NCBI GenBank assembly: GCA_040285855.1
Contig: JAUFOQ010000016.1
Location: 3,162,001 to 3,226,000, forward strand
Length of the DNA stretch: 64,000 nucleotides
Direction of reading: 5' to 3'
Source of the DNA: Eukaryota sp. GEM-RC1
Taxonomy: Eukaryota
Part shown: piece after piece, positions 36,615-51,526 of the stretch
How positions within the stretch are numbered: position 1 is the first letter of the stretch
Layout of the letters: the number at the start of each line of letters is the position of its first letter
Position numbers and translations under genes: made by a program
Notes under the pieces: generated by a model
The model's database searches: none
What the model was told of the DNA's origin: nothing
What the model saw: the letters and a program-made list of their open reading frames with translations, nothing else

Positions 36615-37487
36615 AAATCGTAGCTTATATGGATGACATTTCTTTTATTGCTCCTATGTCAACTCTTCGTATTATTGCGAATCAGGCTGCTGATTTGTAT
36701 GATGCTATTGGACTTCAATTAAATGTGCAAAAATGTTTTTGATTGCCAAGGTACCTGTAACTTTAATTGTTAATTCTTTAGAGGTTCCCTTTGTGAACTA
36801 TTTATCTTCAAGCTTTAGATTTCTAGGTTGTTATCTTGGTTCATATGACAACATTGTTAAAGATCTGAATGTATATTTGGATTCAATGCGAAAAGAATTA
36901 GATCAAATTAAGGAATTACAATTGGAAAAACATCTCAAATTCTTTATGCTAAAAATTTGTTATTCAGGAAAAGTTACCCATCTGCTTCGATCTCTCCCCC
37001 CTGTACTTACCTATAACTTCTGTAGAAGCTTTAACAAAATTCGTACTGACTTTCTTGCATTTTTGTTATCAGTGGATCCTGCTGCTTTGAACAATCAAAT
37101 CTTCTCAGATCCTCATCTTGGTGGTATTGGTTTCACTTCGTCTAAATGGTGGACCAAATCTGCTTTCATTGGTGGTGGTAAGAATTTTGTCTTTGAGTTC
37201 TGTAGACGGTACCCAAGTCAAGAAAATCTTCTTGTTTCGACAAGTAGTTTTTTCTTGGTAAATTTGAGATCAGAATTGTCACTAATTTCACCTGACCTCT
37301 GGCAAACTTGTTTTCCAGCAGATATTTGTGAAATACCAGAACGATGTGTCACCTCGTTAAAATTTGCTCTTAAGAAACTCCAAAAACACCTTTTAAAACA
37401 TTTTGAATGTCTGGATTTTAAAATTCGACTTGGCTCGGCCAAAGAAAAAAATCCAGCTTTCGCAAATTTTTAATCGATTTAAAGGAC
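36615..37487 (+). mobile_element. Internal RT/thumb fragment of a near-intact RLE non-LTR retrotransposon
   Basis: IVAYMDDISFIAP..IGLQLNVQKC..FRFLGCYLG..HLLRS..HLGGIG; nearly identical to 63168-64000. Confidence 0.9.
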
Positions 37488-39825
37488 AAGTTGTTTTCCT
37501 ATAACGAAACATTTTTCAATATTTAGATTTAAACCAATCTCTTCATTCAAAGTGTCAGCTTCTGCAGAAATTGCTCGTATAGTCTCAAAAGGTGCAATAA
37601 AGGAAACGCCCCAATCTAGATGTAAGCCAAATTCTTTGATGAACATTACAAGTCAAGCAAAACTGAAAGTCAAATGTCTTGTTCATTCTTTTTTTACAAC
37701 TATCTCAACATCAGAGAAAACAAAGAGCTTCTTTACCAAGTCGAACATAAATTGAAATGGCAATAGGACATAATTCGTACTCAACATGTCTAGAATGTTT
37801 GAGAGTAGTCAAGGGAACATCATATTTGTTTCTCTTGTATTGTTCTGAAAAATCAAGTGGAGACATTGTTAGCATCCTTAAATGCCCTTTTTGCAAACAT
37901 TCACAGTAATCGCATCAACAGCCGTTAGTTCGTCATTGACTGATGGAACCATGACATTAGCCGTTCTTTACCAAAACTATTATCAGAATCACTATTTGTG
38001 AATTATTGATTTCAAAGATTCGATTTTGTGGGACTTACACATTGTACGAATTTGATCTATGACAGCATCATGAATGCAAGTCCTAAAATGTTGTGATCCA
38101 TTGAAGGTCTTTGGTGTCGAATTTGGTTAATCAAAGCAACTGAACATATGTCCTTCAAATTGATTAAAACCAGAATAGCAAATTTAGAGCATGAAGAACT
38201 TTAAGTGTTTTTAATTTCAGGAACTTTGCCTTTTTACCAATAAGAAACAATTTTGGAATTTTAGTGTTTTTGTTCCATAAAAGTTTGCTTTGGAAAAAAA
38301 AATAAGAAACAGTCAAGAAATCAGAAAGATAATTAATAAAAGGTACTTCAATTGAACGAATTGTTAATAAATTAGGTTCTTTTCCTATAACGAAACACTT
38401 TTCAAAATTTAGATTTAAACCCATCTCTTCATTCAAAGTGGCAGCTTCTGCAGAAATTGCTCGTATAGTCTCAAAAGGTGCAATAAATTAAACCTATTCA
38501 ATCTAGATGTAAGCCAAATCCTTTGATGAACAATACAAGTCAAGCAAAACTGAAAGTCCGATTTCTTGTTCATTCTTTTTTTACAACTATCTCAACATCA
38601 GAGAGAAAACAAAGAGCTTCTTTACCAAGTCGAACATAAATTGAAATGGCAATAGGACAAATTCGTACTCAACATGTCTAGAATGTTTGAGAGTAGTCAA
38701 GGGAACATCATATTTGTTTCTCTTGTATTGTTCTGAAAAATCAAGTGGAGACACTTCATTGTTAGCATCCTTAAACGCCCTGTTTTGCAAACATCCACAG
38801 TAATCGCATCAACAGCCGTTAGTTCATCATTGACTGATAGAACCATGACATCAGCTGTTCTTTACCAAAATTCTTATCAGAATCACTATTCTTTAAATCA
38901 TTGATTTCAAAGATTCGATTTTGTAGGACTTACACATTGTACGAATTTGATCTATGACAGCATCATGAATGCAAGTCCTAAAATGTTCTGATCCATTGAA
39001 GATCTTTGGACAACAATCCCGAATTTGGTCGAATTTGGTTAATCAAAGCAACTGAACATGTGTCCTTCAAATTGATTAAAACCAGAATAACAAATTTAGA
39101 GCATGAAGAACTTTAAGTGTTTTTAATTTCAAGAACTTTGATTTTATCCAACTCTTGTTGAATCTAAATCAAGTAATCATCAAGATTTTTGACAACATGC
39201 TTCTCTTTACCAATAAGAAACAATTTTTTAATTTTAGTGTTTTTGTTCCATAAAAGTTTGCTTTGGTAAAAAAATAAGAAACAATCAAGAAATCAGAAAC
39301 ATAATTAATAAAAGGTACTAGTACTTCAATTGAACGAATTGTTAATAAATTAGGTTCTTTTCCTATAACGAAACACTTTTCAATATTTAGATTTAAACCC
39401 ATCTCTTCATTCAAAGTGGCAGCTTCTGCAGAAATTGCTCGTATAGTCTCAAAAGGTGCAATAAATTAAACCTCTTCAATCTAGATGTAAGCCAAATCCT
39501 TTGATGAACATTACAAGTCAAGCAAAACTGAAAGTCAAATGTCTTGTTCATTCTTTTTTACAACTATCTCAACATCAGAGAAAACAAAGAGCTTCTTTAC
39601 CAAGTCGAACATAAATTGAAATGGTAATAGGACATAATTCGTACTCAACATGTCTAGAATGTTTGAGAGTAGTCAAGGGAACATCATATTTGTTTCTCTT
39701 GTATTGTTCTGAAAAATCAAGTGGAGACATTGTTAGCATCCTTAAATGCCCTTTTTGCAAACATTCACAGTAATCGCATCAACAGCCGTTAGTTCGTCAT
39801 TGACTGATGGAACCATGACATCAGC
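37488..39825 (-). repeat. Inverted block of about 2.5 monomers
   Basis: Monomer sequence and its ORFs are on the minus strand; sharp switch back to plus at ...catcagc|acgaattatg. Confidence 0.95.
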
Positions 39826-42800
39826 ACGAATTATGTCCTTTTGCCATTTCAATTTATGGTCGACTTGGTAAAGAAGCTCTTTGTTTTCTCTAATGTTGAG
39901 ATAGTTGTTAAAAAGAATGAACAAGAAATTTGACTTTCAGTTTTGCTTGACTTGTATTGTTCATCAAAGGATTTGGCTTACATCTAGATTGAAGACGTTT
40001 CCTTTATTGTACCTTTTGAGACTATACGAGCAATTTCTGCAGAAGCTGACACTTTGAATGAAGAGATTGGTTTAAATCTAAATATTGAAAAATGTTTCGT
40101 TATAGGAAAACAACTTAATTTATTAACAATTCGTTCAACTGAAGTACCTTTTATTAATTATCTTCCTGATTTCTTTATTTTTTCTTATTTTTTTTCCAAA
40201 GCAAACTTTTATGGAACAAAAACACTAATATTACAAAATTGTTTCTTATTGGTAAAAAGGCAAAGTTCTGGAAATTAACAACTCTTAAAGTTCTTCATGC
40301 TCTAAATTTGCTATTCTGGTTTTAATCAATTTGAAGGACATATGTTCAGTTGCTTTGATTAACCAAATTCGACCAAATTCGGGATTGTTGTCCAAAGATC
40401 TTCAATGGATCAGAACATTTTAGGACTTGCATTCGTGATGCTGTCATAGATCAAATTCGTACAATGTGTAAGTCCCACAAAATCGAATCTTTGAAATCGA
40501 TAATTCAAAAATAGTGATTCTGATAAGAGTTTTGGTAAAGAACGGCTGATGTCATGGTTCCATCAGTCAATGACGAACTAACGGCTGTTGATGCGATTAC
40601 TGTGGATGTTTGCAAAAAAAGGGCATTTAAGGATGCTAACAATGAAGTGTCTCCACTTGATTTTTTCAGTACAATACAAGAGAAACAAATATGATGTTCC
40701 CTTGACTACTCTCAAACATTCTAGACATGTTGAGTACGAATTATGTCCTTTGCCATTTCAATTTATGGTCGACTTGGTAAAGAAGCTCTTTGTTTTCTCT
40801 CTGATGTTGAGATAGTTGTAAAAAAAGAATGAACAAGAAATTTGACTTTCAGTTTTGCTTGACTTGTATTGTTCATCAAAGGATTTGGCTTACATCTAGA
40901 TTGAAGAGGTTTAATTTATTGCACCTTTTGAGACTATACGAGCAATTTCTGCAGAAGCTGCCACTTTGAATGAAGAGATGGGTTTAAATCTAAATTTTGA
41001 AAAGTGTTTCGTTATAGGAAAAGAACCTAATTTATTAACAATTCGTTCAATTGAAGTACCTTTTATTAATTATCTTTCTGATTTCTTGATTGTTTCTTAT
41101 TTTTTTTTACCAAAGCAAACTTTTATGGAACAAAAACACTAAAAATTCCAAAATTGTTTCTTATTGGTAAAAAGGCAAAGTTCCTGAAATTAAAAACACT
41201 TAAAGTTCTTCATGCTCTAAATTTGCTATTCTGGTTTTAATCAATTTGAAGGACATATGTTCAGTTGCTTTGATTAACCAAATTCGACACCAAAGACCTT
41301 CAATGGATCACAACATTTTAGGACTTGCATTCATGATGCTGTCATAGATCAAATTCGTACAATGTGTAAGTCCCACAAAATCGAATCTTTGAAATCAATA
41401 ATTCACAAATAGTGATTCTGATAATAGTTTTGGTAAAGAACGGCTGATGTCATGGTTCCATCAGTCAATGACGAACTAACGGCTGTTGATGCGATTACTG
41501 TGAATGTTTGCAAAAAGGGCATTTAAGGATGCTAACAATGTCTCCACTTGATTTTTCAGAACAATACAAGAGAAACAAATATGATGTTCCCTTGACTACT
41601 CTCAAACATTCTAGACATGTTGAGTACGAATTATGTCCTATTGCCATTTCAATTTATGTTCGACTTGGTAAAGAAGCTCTTTGTTTTCTCTGATGTTGAG
41701 ATAGTTGTAAAAAAAGAATGAACAAGACATTTGACTTTCAGTTTTGCTTGACTTGTAATGTTCATCAAAGAATTTGGCTTACATCTAGATTGGGGCGTTT
41801 CCTTTATTGCACCTTTTGAGACTATACGAGCAATTTCTGCAGAAGCTGACACTTTGAATGAAGAGATTGGTTTAAATCTAAATATTGAAAAATGTTTCGT
41901 TATAGGAAAACAACTTAATTTATTAACAATTCGTTCAACTGAAGTACCTTTTATTAATTATCTTCCTGATTTCTTTATTTTTTCTTATTTTTTTCCAAAG
42001 CAAACTTTTATGGAACAAAAACACTAATATTACAAAATTGTTTCTTATTGGTAAAAAGGCAAAGTTCTGGAAATTAACAACTCTTAAAGTTCTTCATGCT
42101 CTAAATTTGCTATTCTGGTTTTAATCAATTTGAAGGACACATGTTCAGTTGCTTTGATTAACCAAATTCGACCAAATTCGGGATTGTTGTCCAAAGATCT
42201 TCAATGGATCAGAACATTTTAGGACTTGCATTCATGATGCTGTCATAGATCAAATTCGTACAATGTGTAAGTCCCACAAAATCGAATCTTTGAAATCGAT
42301 AATTCAAAAATAGTGATTCTGATAAGAGTTTTGGTAAAGAACGGCTGATGTCATGGTTCCATCAGTCAATGACGAACTAACGGCTGTTGATGCGATTACT
42401 GTGGATGTTTGCAAAAAAAGGGCATTTAAGGATGCTAACAATGAAGTGTCTCCACTTGATTTTTTCAGTACAATACAAGAGAAACAAATATGATGTTCCC
42501 TTGACTACTCTCAAACATTCTAGACATGTTGAGTACGAATTATGTCCTTTTGCCATTTCAATTTATGGTCGACTTGGTAAAGAAGCTCTTTGTTTTCTCT
42601 CTGATGTTGAGATAGTTGTAAAAAAAGAATGAACAAGAAATTTGACTTTCAGTTTTGCTTGACTTGTATTGTTCATCAAAGGATTTGGCTTACATCTAGA
42701 TTGAAGAGGTTTAATTTATTGCACCTTTTGAGACTATACGAGCAATTTCTGCAGAAGCTGCCACTTTGAATGAAGAGATGGGTTTAAATCTAAATTTTGA

Positions 42801-45800
42801 AAAGTGTTTCGTTATAGGAAAAGAACCTAATTTATTAACAATTCGTTCAATTGAAGTACCTTTTATTAATTATCTTTCTGATTTCTTGATTGTTTCTTAT
42901 TTTTTTTTTACCAAAGCAAACTTTTATGGAACAAAAACACTAAAATTCCAAAATTGTTTCTTATTGGTAAAAAGGCAAAGTTCCTGAAATTAAAAACACT
43001 TAAAGTTCTTCATGCTCTAAATTTGCTATTCTGGTTTTAATCAATTTGAAGGACATATGTTCAGTTGCTTTGATTAACCAAATTCGACACCAAAGACCTT
43101 CAATGGATCACAACATTTTAGGACTTGCATTCATGATGCTGTCATAGATCAAATTCGTACAATGTGTAAGTCCCACAAAATCGAATCTTTGAAATCAATA
43201 ATTCACAAATAGTGATTCTGATAATAGTTTTGGTAAAGAACGGCTGATGTCATGGTTCCATCAGTCAATGACGAACTAACGGCTGTTGATGCGATTACTG
43301 TGAATGTTTGCAAAAAGGGCATTTAAGGATGCTAACAATGTCTCCACTTGATTTTTCAGAACAATACAAGAGAAACAAATATGATGTTCCCTTGACTACT
43401 CTCAAACATTCTAGACATGTTGAGTACGAATTATGTCCTATTGCCATTTCAATTTATGTTCGACTTGGTAAAGAAGCTCTTTGTTTTCTCTGATGTTGAG
43501 ATAGTTGTAAAAAAAGAATGAACAAGACATTTGACTTTCAGTTTTGCTTGACTTGTAATGTTCATCAAAGAATTTGGCTTACATCTAGATTGGGGCGTTT
43601 CCTTTATTGCACCTTTTGAGACTATACGAGCAATTTCTGCAGAAGCTGACACTTTGAATGAAGAGATTGGTTTAAATCTAAATATTGAAAAATGTTTCGT
43701 TATAGGAAAACAACTTAATTTATTAACAATTCGTTCAACTGAAGTACCTTTTATTAATTATCTTCCTGATTTCTTTATTTTTTCTTATTTTTTTCCAAAC
43801 CAAACTTTTATGGAACAAAAACACTAATATTACAAAATTGTTTCTTATTGGTAAAAAGGCAAAGTTCTGGAAATTAACAACTCTTAAAGTTCTTCATGCT
43901 CTAAATTTGCTATTCTGGTTTTAATCAATTTGAAGGACACATGTTCAGTTGCTTTGATTAACCAAATTCGACCAAATTCGGGATTGTTGTCCAAAAGATC
44001 TTCAATGGATCAGAACATTTTAGGACTTGCATTCATGATGCTGTCATAGATCAAATTCGTACAATGTGTAAGTCCCACAAAATCGAATCTTTGAAATCGA
44101 TAATTCAAAAATAGTGATTCTGATAAGAGTTTTGGTAAAGAACGGCTGATGTCATGGTTCCATTAGTCAATGACGAACTAACGGCTGTTGATGCGATTAC
44201 TGTGGATGTTTGCAAAAAAAGGGCATTTAAGGATGCTAACAATGAAGTGTCTCCACTTGATTTTTCAGTACAATACAAGAGAAACAAATATGATGTTCCC
44301 TTGACTACTCTCAAACATTCTAGACATGTTGAGTACGAATTATGTCCTTTTGCCATTTCAATTTATGGTCGACTTGGTAAAGAAGCTCTTTGTTTTCTCT
44401 GATGTTGAGATAGTTGTTAAAAAAGAATGAACAAGACATTTGACTTTCAGTTTTGCTTGACTTGTATTGTTCATCAAAGGATTTGGCTTACATCTAGATT
44501 GAAGAGGTTTAATTTATTGCACATTTTGAGACTAAGCAATTTCTGCAGAAGCTGCCACTTTGAATGAAGAGATGGGTTTATATCTAAATATTGAAAAGTG
44601 TTTCGGTATAGGAACAGAACCTAATTTATTAACAATTCGTTCAATTGAAGTACCTTTTATTAATTATCTTTCTGATTTCTTGATTGTTTCTTATTTTTTT
44701 TTACCAAAGCAAACTTTTATGGAACAAAAACACTAAAATTCCAAAATTGTTTCTTATTGGTAAAAAGGCAAAGTTCCTGAAATTAAAAACACTTAAAGTT
44801 CTTCATGCTCTAAATTTGCTATTCTGGTTTTAATCAATTTGAAGGACATATGTTCAGTTGCTTTGATTAACCAAATTCGACACCAAAGACCTTCAATGGA
44901 ACACAACATTTTAGGACTTGCATTCATGATGCTGTCATAGATCAAATTCGTGCAATGTGTAAGTCCCACAAAATCGAATCTTTGAAATCAATAATTAAAA
45001 AATAGTGATTCTGATAAGAGTTTTGGTAAAGAACAGCTGATGTCATGGTTCCATCGGTCAATGATGAACTAACGGCTGTTGATGCGATTACTGTGGATGT
45101 TTGCAAAACAGGGCGTTTAAGGATGCTAACAATGAAGTGTCTCCACTTGATTTTTCAGAACAATACAAGAGAAACAAATATGATGTTCCCTTGACTACTC
45201 TCAAACATTCTAGACATGTTGAGTACGAATTTTGTCCTATTGCCATTTCAATTTATGTTCGACTTGGTAAAGAAGCTCTTTGTTTTCTCTCTGATGTTGA
45301 GATAGTTGTAAAAAAAGAATGAACAAGAAATTTGACTTTCAGTTTTGCTTGACTTGTATTGTTCATCAAAGGATTTGGCTTACATCTAGATTGAAGAGGT
45401 TTAATTTATTGCACCTTTTGAGACTATACGAGCAATTTCTGCAGAAGCTGCCACTTTGAATGAAGAGATGGGTTTAAATCTAAATATTGAAAAGTGTTTC
45501 GTTATAGGAAAAGAACCTAATTTATTAACAATTCGTTCAATTGAAGTACTAGTACCTTTTATTAATTATGTTTCTGATTTCTTGATTGTTTCTTATTTTT
45601 TTACCAAAGCAAACTTTTATGGAACAAAAACACTAAAATTAAAAAATTGTTTCTTATTGGTAAAGAGAAGCATGTTGTCAAAAATCTTGATGATTACTTG
45701 ATTTAGATTCAACAAGAGTTGGATAAAATCAAAGTTCTTGAAATTAAAAACACTTAAAGTTCTTCATGCTCTAAATTTGTTATTCTGGTTTTAATCAATT

Positions 45801-48800
45801 TGAAGGACACATGTTCAGTTGCTTTGATTAACCAAATTCGACCAAATTCGGGATTGTTGTCCAAAGATCTTCAATGGATCAGAACATTTTAGGACTTGCA
45901 TTCATGATGCTGTCATAGATCAAATTCGTACAATGTGTAAGTCCTACAAAATCGAATCTTTGAAATCAATGATTTAAAGAATAGTGATTCTGATAAGAAT
46001 TTTGGTAAAGAACAGCTGATGTCATGGTTCTATCAGTCAATGATGAACTAACGGCTGTTGATGCGATTACTGTGGATGTTTGCAAAACAGGGCGTTTAAG
46101 GATGCTAACAATGAAGTGTCTCCACTTGATTTTTCAGAACAATACAAGAGAAACAAATATGATGTTCCCTTGACTACTCTCAAACATTCTAGACATGTTG
46201 AGTACGAATTTTGTCCTATTGCCATTTCAATTTATGTTCGACTTGGTAAAGAAGCTCTTTGTTTTCTCTCTGATGTTGAGATAGTTGTAAAAAAAGAATG
46301 AACAAGAAATCGGACTTTCAGTTTTGCTTGACTTGTATTGTTCATCAAAGGATTTGGCTTACATCTAGATTGAAGAGGTTTAATTTATTGCACCTTTTGA
46401 GACTATACGAGCAATTTCTGCAGAAGCTGCCACTTTGAATGAAGAGATGGGTTTAAATCTAAATTTTGAAAAGTGTTTCGTTATAGGAAAAGAACCTAAT
46501 TTATTAACAATTCGTTCAATTGAAGTACCTTTTATTAATTATCTTTCTGATTTCTTGATTGTTTCTTATTTTTTTTTACCAAAGCAAACTTTTATGGAAC
46601 AAAAACACTAAAATTCCAAATTTGTTTCTTATTGGTAAAAAGGCAAAGTTCCTGAAATTAAAAACACTTAAAGTTCTTCATGCTCTAAATTTGCTATTCT
46701 GGTTTTAATCAATTTGAAGGACATATGTTCAGTTGCTTTGATTAACCAAATTCGACACCAAAGACCTTCAATGGATCACAACATTTTAGGACTTGCATTC
46801 ATGATGCTGTCATAGATCAAATTCGTACAATGTGTAAGTCCCACAAAATCGAATCTTTGAAATCAATAATTCACAAATAGTGATTCTGATAATAGTTTTG
46901 GTAAAGAACGGCTGATGTCATGGTTCCATCAGTCAATGACGAACTAACGGCTGTTGATGCGATTACTGTGAATGTTTGCAAAAAGGGCATTTAAGGATGC
47001 TAACAATGTCTCCACTTGATTTTTCAGAACAATACAAGAGAAACAAATATGATGTTCCCTTGACTACTCTCAAACATTCTAGACATGTTGAGTACGAATT
47101 ATGTCCTATTGCCATTTCAATTTATGTTCGACTTGGTAAAGAAGCTCTTTGTTTTCTCTGATGTTGAGATAGTTGTAAAAAAAGAATGAACAAGACATTT
47201 GACTTTCAGTTTTGCTTGACTTGTAATGTTCATCAAAGAATTTGGCTTACATCTAGATTGGGGCGTTTCCTTTATTGCACCTTTTGAGACTATACGAGCA
47301 ATTTCTGCAGAAGCTGACACTTTGAATGAAGAGATTGGTTTAAATCTAAATATTGAAAAATGTTTCGTTATAGGAAAACAACTTAATTTATTAACAATTC
47401 GTTCAACTGAAGTACCTTTTATTAATTATCTTCCTGATTTCTTTATTTTTTCTTATTTTTTTCCAAAGCAAACTTTTATGGAACAAAAACACTAATATTA
47501 CAAAATTGTTTCTTATTGGTAAAAAGGCAAAGTTCTGGAAATTAACAACTCTTAAAGTTCTTCATGCTCTAAATTTGCTATTCTGGTTTTAATCAATTTG
47601 AAGGACACATGTTCAGTTGCTTTGATTAACCAAATTCGACCAAATTCGGGATTGTTGTCCAAAGATCTTCAATGGATCAGAACATTTTAGGACTTGCATT
47701 CATGATGCTGTCATAGATCAAATTCGTACAATGTGTAAGTCCCACAAAATCGAATCTTTGAAATCGATAATTCAAAAATAGTGATTCTGATAAGAGTTTT
47801 GGTAAAGAACGGCTGATGTCATGGTTCCATTAGTCAATGACGAACTAACGGCTGTTGATGCGATTACTGTGGATGTTTGCAAAAAAAGGGCATTTAAGGA
47901 TGCTAACAATGAAGTGTCTCCACTTGATTTTTCAGTACAATACAAGAGAAACAAATATGATGTTCCCTTGACTACTCTCAAACATTCTAGACATGTTGAG
48001 TACGAATTATGTCCTTTTGCCATTTCAATTTATGGTCGACTTGGTAAAGAAGCTCTTTGTTTTCTCTGATGTTGAGATAGTTGTTAAAAAGAATGAACAA
48101 GACATTTGACTTTCAGTTTTGCTTGACTTGTATTGTTCATCAAAGGATTTGGCTTACATCTAGATTGAAGAGGTTTAATTTATTGCACATTTTGAGACTA
48201 AGCAATTTCTGCAGAAGCTGCCACTTTGAATGAAGAGATGGGTTTATATCTAAATATTGAAAAGTGTTTCGGTATAGGAAAAGAACCTAATTTATTAACA
48301 ATTCGTTCAATTGAAGTACCTTTTATTAATTATCTTTCTGATTTCTTGATTGTTTCTTATTTTTTTACCAAAGCAAACTTTTATGGAACAAAAACACTAA
48401 AATTCCAAAATTGTTTCTTATTGGTAAAAAGGCAAAGTTCCTGAAATTAAAAACACTTAAAGTTCTTCATGCTCTAAATTTGCTATTCTGGTTTTAATCA
48501 ATTTGAAGGACATATGTTCAGTTGCTTTGATTAACCAAATTCGACACCAAAGACCTTCAATGGAACACAACATTTTAGGACTTGCATTCATGATGCTGTC
48601 ATAGATCAAATTCGTGCAATGTGTAAGTCCCACAAAATCGAATCTTTGAAATCAATAATTAAAAAATAGTGATTCTGATAAGAGTTTTGGTAAAGAACAG
48701 CTGATGTCATGGTTCCATCGGTCAATGATGAACTAACGGCTGTTGATGCGATTACTGTGAATGTTTGCAAAAAGGGCATTTAAGGATGCTAACAATGTCT

Positions 48801-51526
48801 CCACTTGATTTTTCAGAACAATACAAGAGAAACAAATATGATGTTCCCTTGACTACTCTCAAACATTCTAGACATGTTGAGTACGAATTATGTCCTATTG
48901 CCATTTCAATTTATGTTCGACTTGGTAAAGAAGCTCTTTGTTTTCTCTGATGTTGAGATAGTTGTAAAAAAAGAATGAACAAGACATTTGACTTTCAGTT
49001 TTGCTTGACTTGTAATGTTCATCAAAGAATTTGGCTTACATCTAGATTGGGGCGTTTCCTTTATTGCACCTTTTGAGACTATACGAGCAATTTCTGCAGA
49101 AGCTGACACTTTGAATGAAGAGATTGGTTTAAATCTAAATATTGAAAAATGTTTCGTTATAGGAAAACAACTTAATTTATTAACAATTCGTTCAACTGAA
49201 GTACCTTTTATTAATTATCTTCCTGATTTCTTTATTTTTTCTTATTTTTTTCCAAAGCAAACTTTTATGGAACAAAAACACTAATATTACAAAATTGTTT
49301 CTTATTGGTAAAAAGGCAAAGTTCTGGAAATTAACAACTCTTAAAGTTCTTCATGCTCTAAATTTGCTATTCTGGTTTTAATCAATTTGAAGGACACATG
49401 TTCAGTTGCTTTGATTAACCAAATTCGACCAAATTCGGGATTGTTGTCCAAAGATCTTCAATGGATCAGAACATTTTAGGACTTGCATTCATGATGCTGT
49501 CATAGATCAAATTCGTACAATGTGTAAGTCCCACAAAATCGAATCTTTGAAATCGATAATTCAAAAATAGTGATTCTGATAAGAGTTTTGGTAAAGAACG
49601 GCTGATGTCATGGTTCCATTAGTCAATGACGAACTAACGGCTGTTGATGCGATTACTGTGGATGTTTGCAAAAAGGGCATTTAAGGATGCTAACAATGAA
49701 GTGTCTCCACTTGATTTTTCAGTACAATACAAGAGAAACAAATATGATGTTCCCTTGACTACTCTCAAACATTCTAGACATGTTGAGTACGAATTATGTC
49801 CTTTGCCATTTCAATTTATGGTCGACTTGGTAAAGAAGCTCTTTGTTTTCTCTGATGTTGAGATAGTTGTTAAAAAAGAATGAACAAGACATTTGACTTT
49901 CAGTTTTGCTTGACTTGTATTGTTCATCAAAGGATTTGGCTTACATCTAGATTGAAGAGGTTTAATTTATTGCACATTTTGAGACTAAGCAATTTCTGCA
50001 GAAGCTGCCACTTTGAATGAAGAGATGGGTTTATATCTAAATATTGAAAAGTGTTTCGGTATAGGAAAAGAACCTAATTTATTAACAATTCGTTCAATTG
50101 AAGTACCTTTTATTAATTATCTTTCTGATTTCTTGATTGTTTCTTATTTTTTTTTTACCAAAGCAAACTTTTATGGAACAAAAACACTAAAATTCCAAAA
50201 TTGTTTCTTATTGGTAAAAAGGCAAAGTTCCTGAAATTAAAAACACTTAAAGTTCTTCATGCTCTAAATTTGCTATTCTGGTTTTAATCAATTTGAAGGA
50301 CATATGTTCAGTTGCTTTGATTAACCAAATTCGACACCAAAGACCTTCAATGGAACACAACATTTTAGGACTTGCATTCATGATGCTGTCATAGATCAAA
50401 TTCGTGCAATGTGTAAGTCCCACAAAATCGAATCTTTGAAATCAATAATTAAAAAATAGTGATTCTGATAAGAGTTTTGGTAAAGAACAGCTGATGTCAT
50501 GGTTCCATCGGTCAATGATGAACTAACGGCTGTTGATGCGATTACTGTGGATGTTTGCAAAAGAGGGCATTTAAGGATGCTAACAATGAAGTGTCTCCAC
50601 TTGATTTTTCAGAACAATACAAGAGAAACAAATATGATGTTCCCTTGACTACTCTCAAACATTCTAGACATGTTGAGTACGAATTTTGTCCTATTGCCAT
50701 TTCAATTTATGTTCGACTTGGTAAAGAAGCTCTTTGTTTTCTCTCTGATGTTGAGATAGTTGTAAAAAAAGAATGAACAAGAAATTTGACTTTCAGTTTT
50801 GCTTGACTTGTATTGTTCATCAAAGGATTTGGCTTACATCTAGATTGAAGAGGTTTAATTTATTGCACCTTTTGAGACTATACGAGCAATTTCTGCAGAA
50901 GCTGCCACTTTGAATGAAGAGATGGGTTTAAATCTAAATATTGAAAAGTGTTTCGTTATAGGAAAAAAACCTAATTTATTAACAATTCGTTCAATTGAAG
51001 TACTAGTACCTTTTATTAATTATGTTTCTGATTTCTTGATTGTTTCTTATTTTTTTTTACCAAAGCAAACTTTTATGGAACAAAAACACTAAAATTAAAA
51101 AATTGTTTCTTATTGGTAAAGAGAAGCATGTTGTCAAAAATCTTGATGATTACTTGATTTAGATTCAACAAGAGTTGGATAAAATCAAAGTTCTTGAAAT
51201 TAAAAACACTTAAAGTTCTTCATGCTCTAAATTTGCTATTCTGGTTTTAATCAATTTGAAGGGCAGATGTTCAGTTGCTTTGATTAACCAAATTCGACAG
51301 ATTTATGGATTGTTGTCCAAAGATCTTCAATGGATCACAACATTTTAGGACTTGCATTCATGATGCTGTCATAGATCAAATTCATGCAATGTGTAAGTCC
51401 TACAAAATCGAATGTTTGAAATCAATAATTTAAAAAATAGTGATTCTGACAAGAGTTTTGGTAAAGAACAGCTGATGTCATGGTTCTATCAGTCAATGAT
51501 GAACTAACGGCTGTTGATGCGATTAC

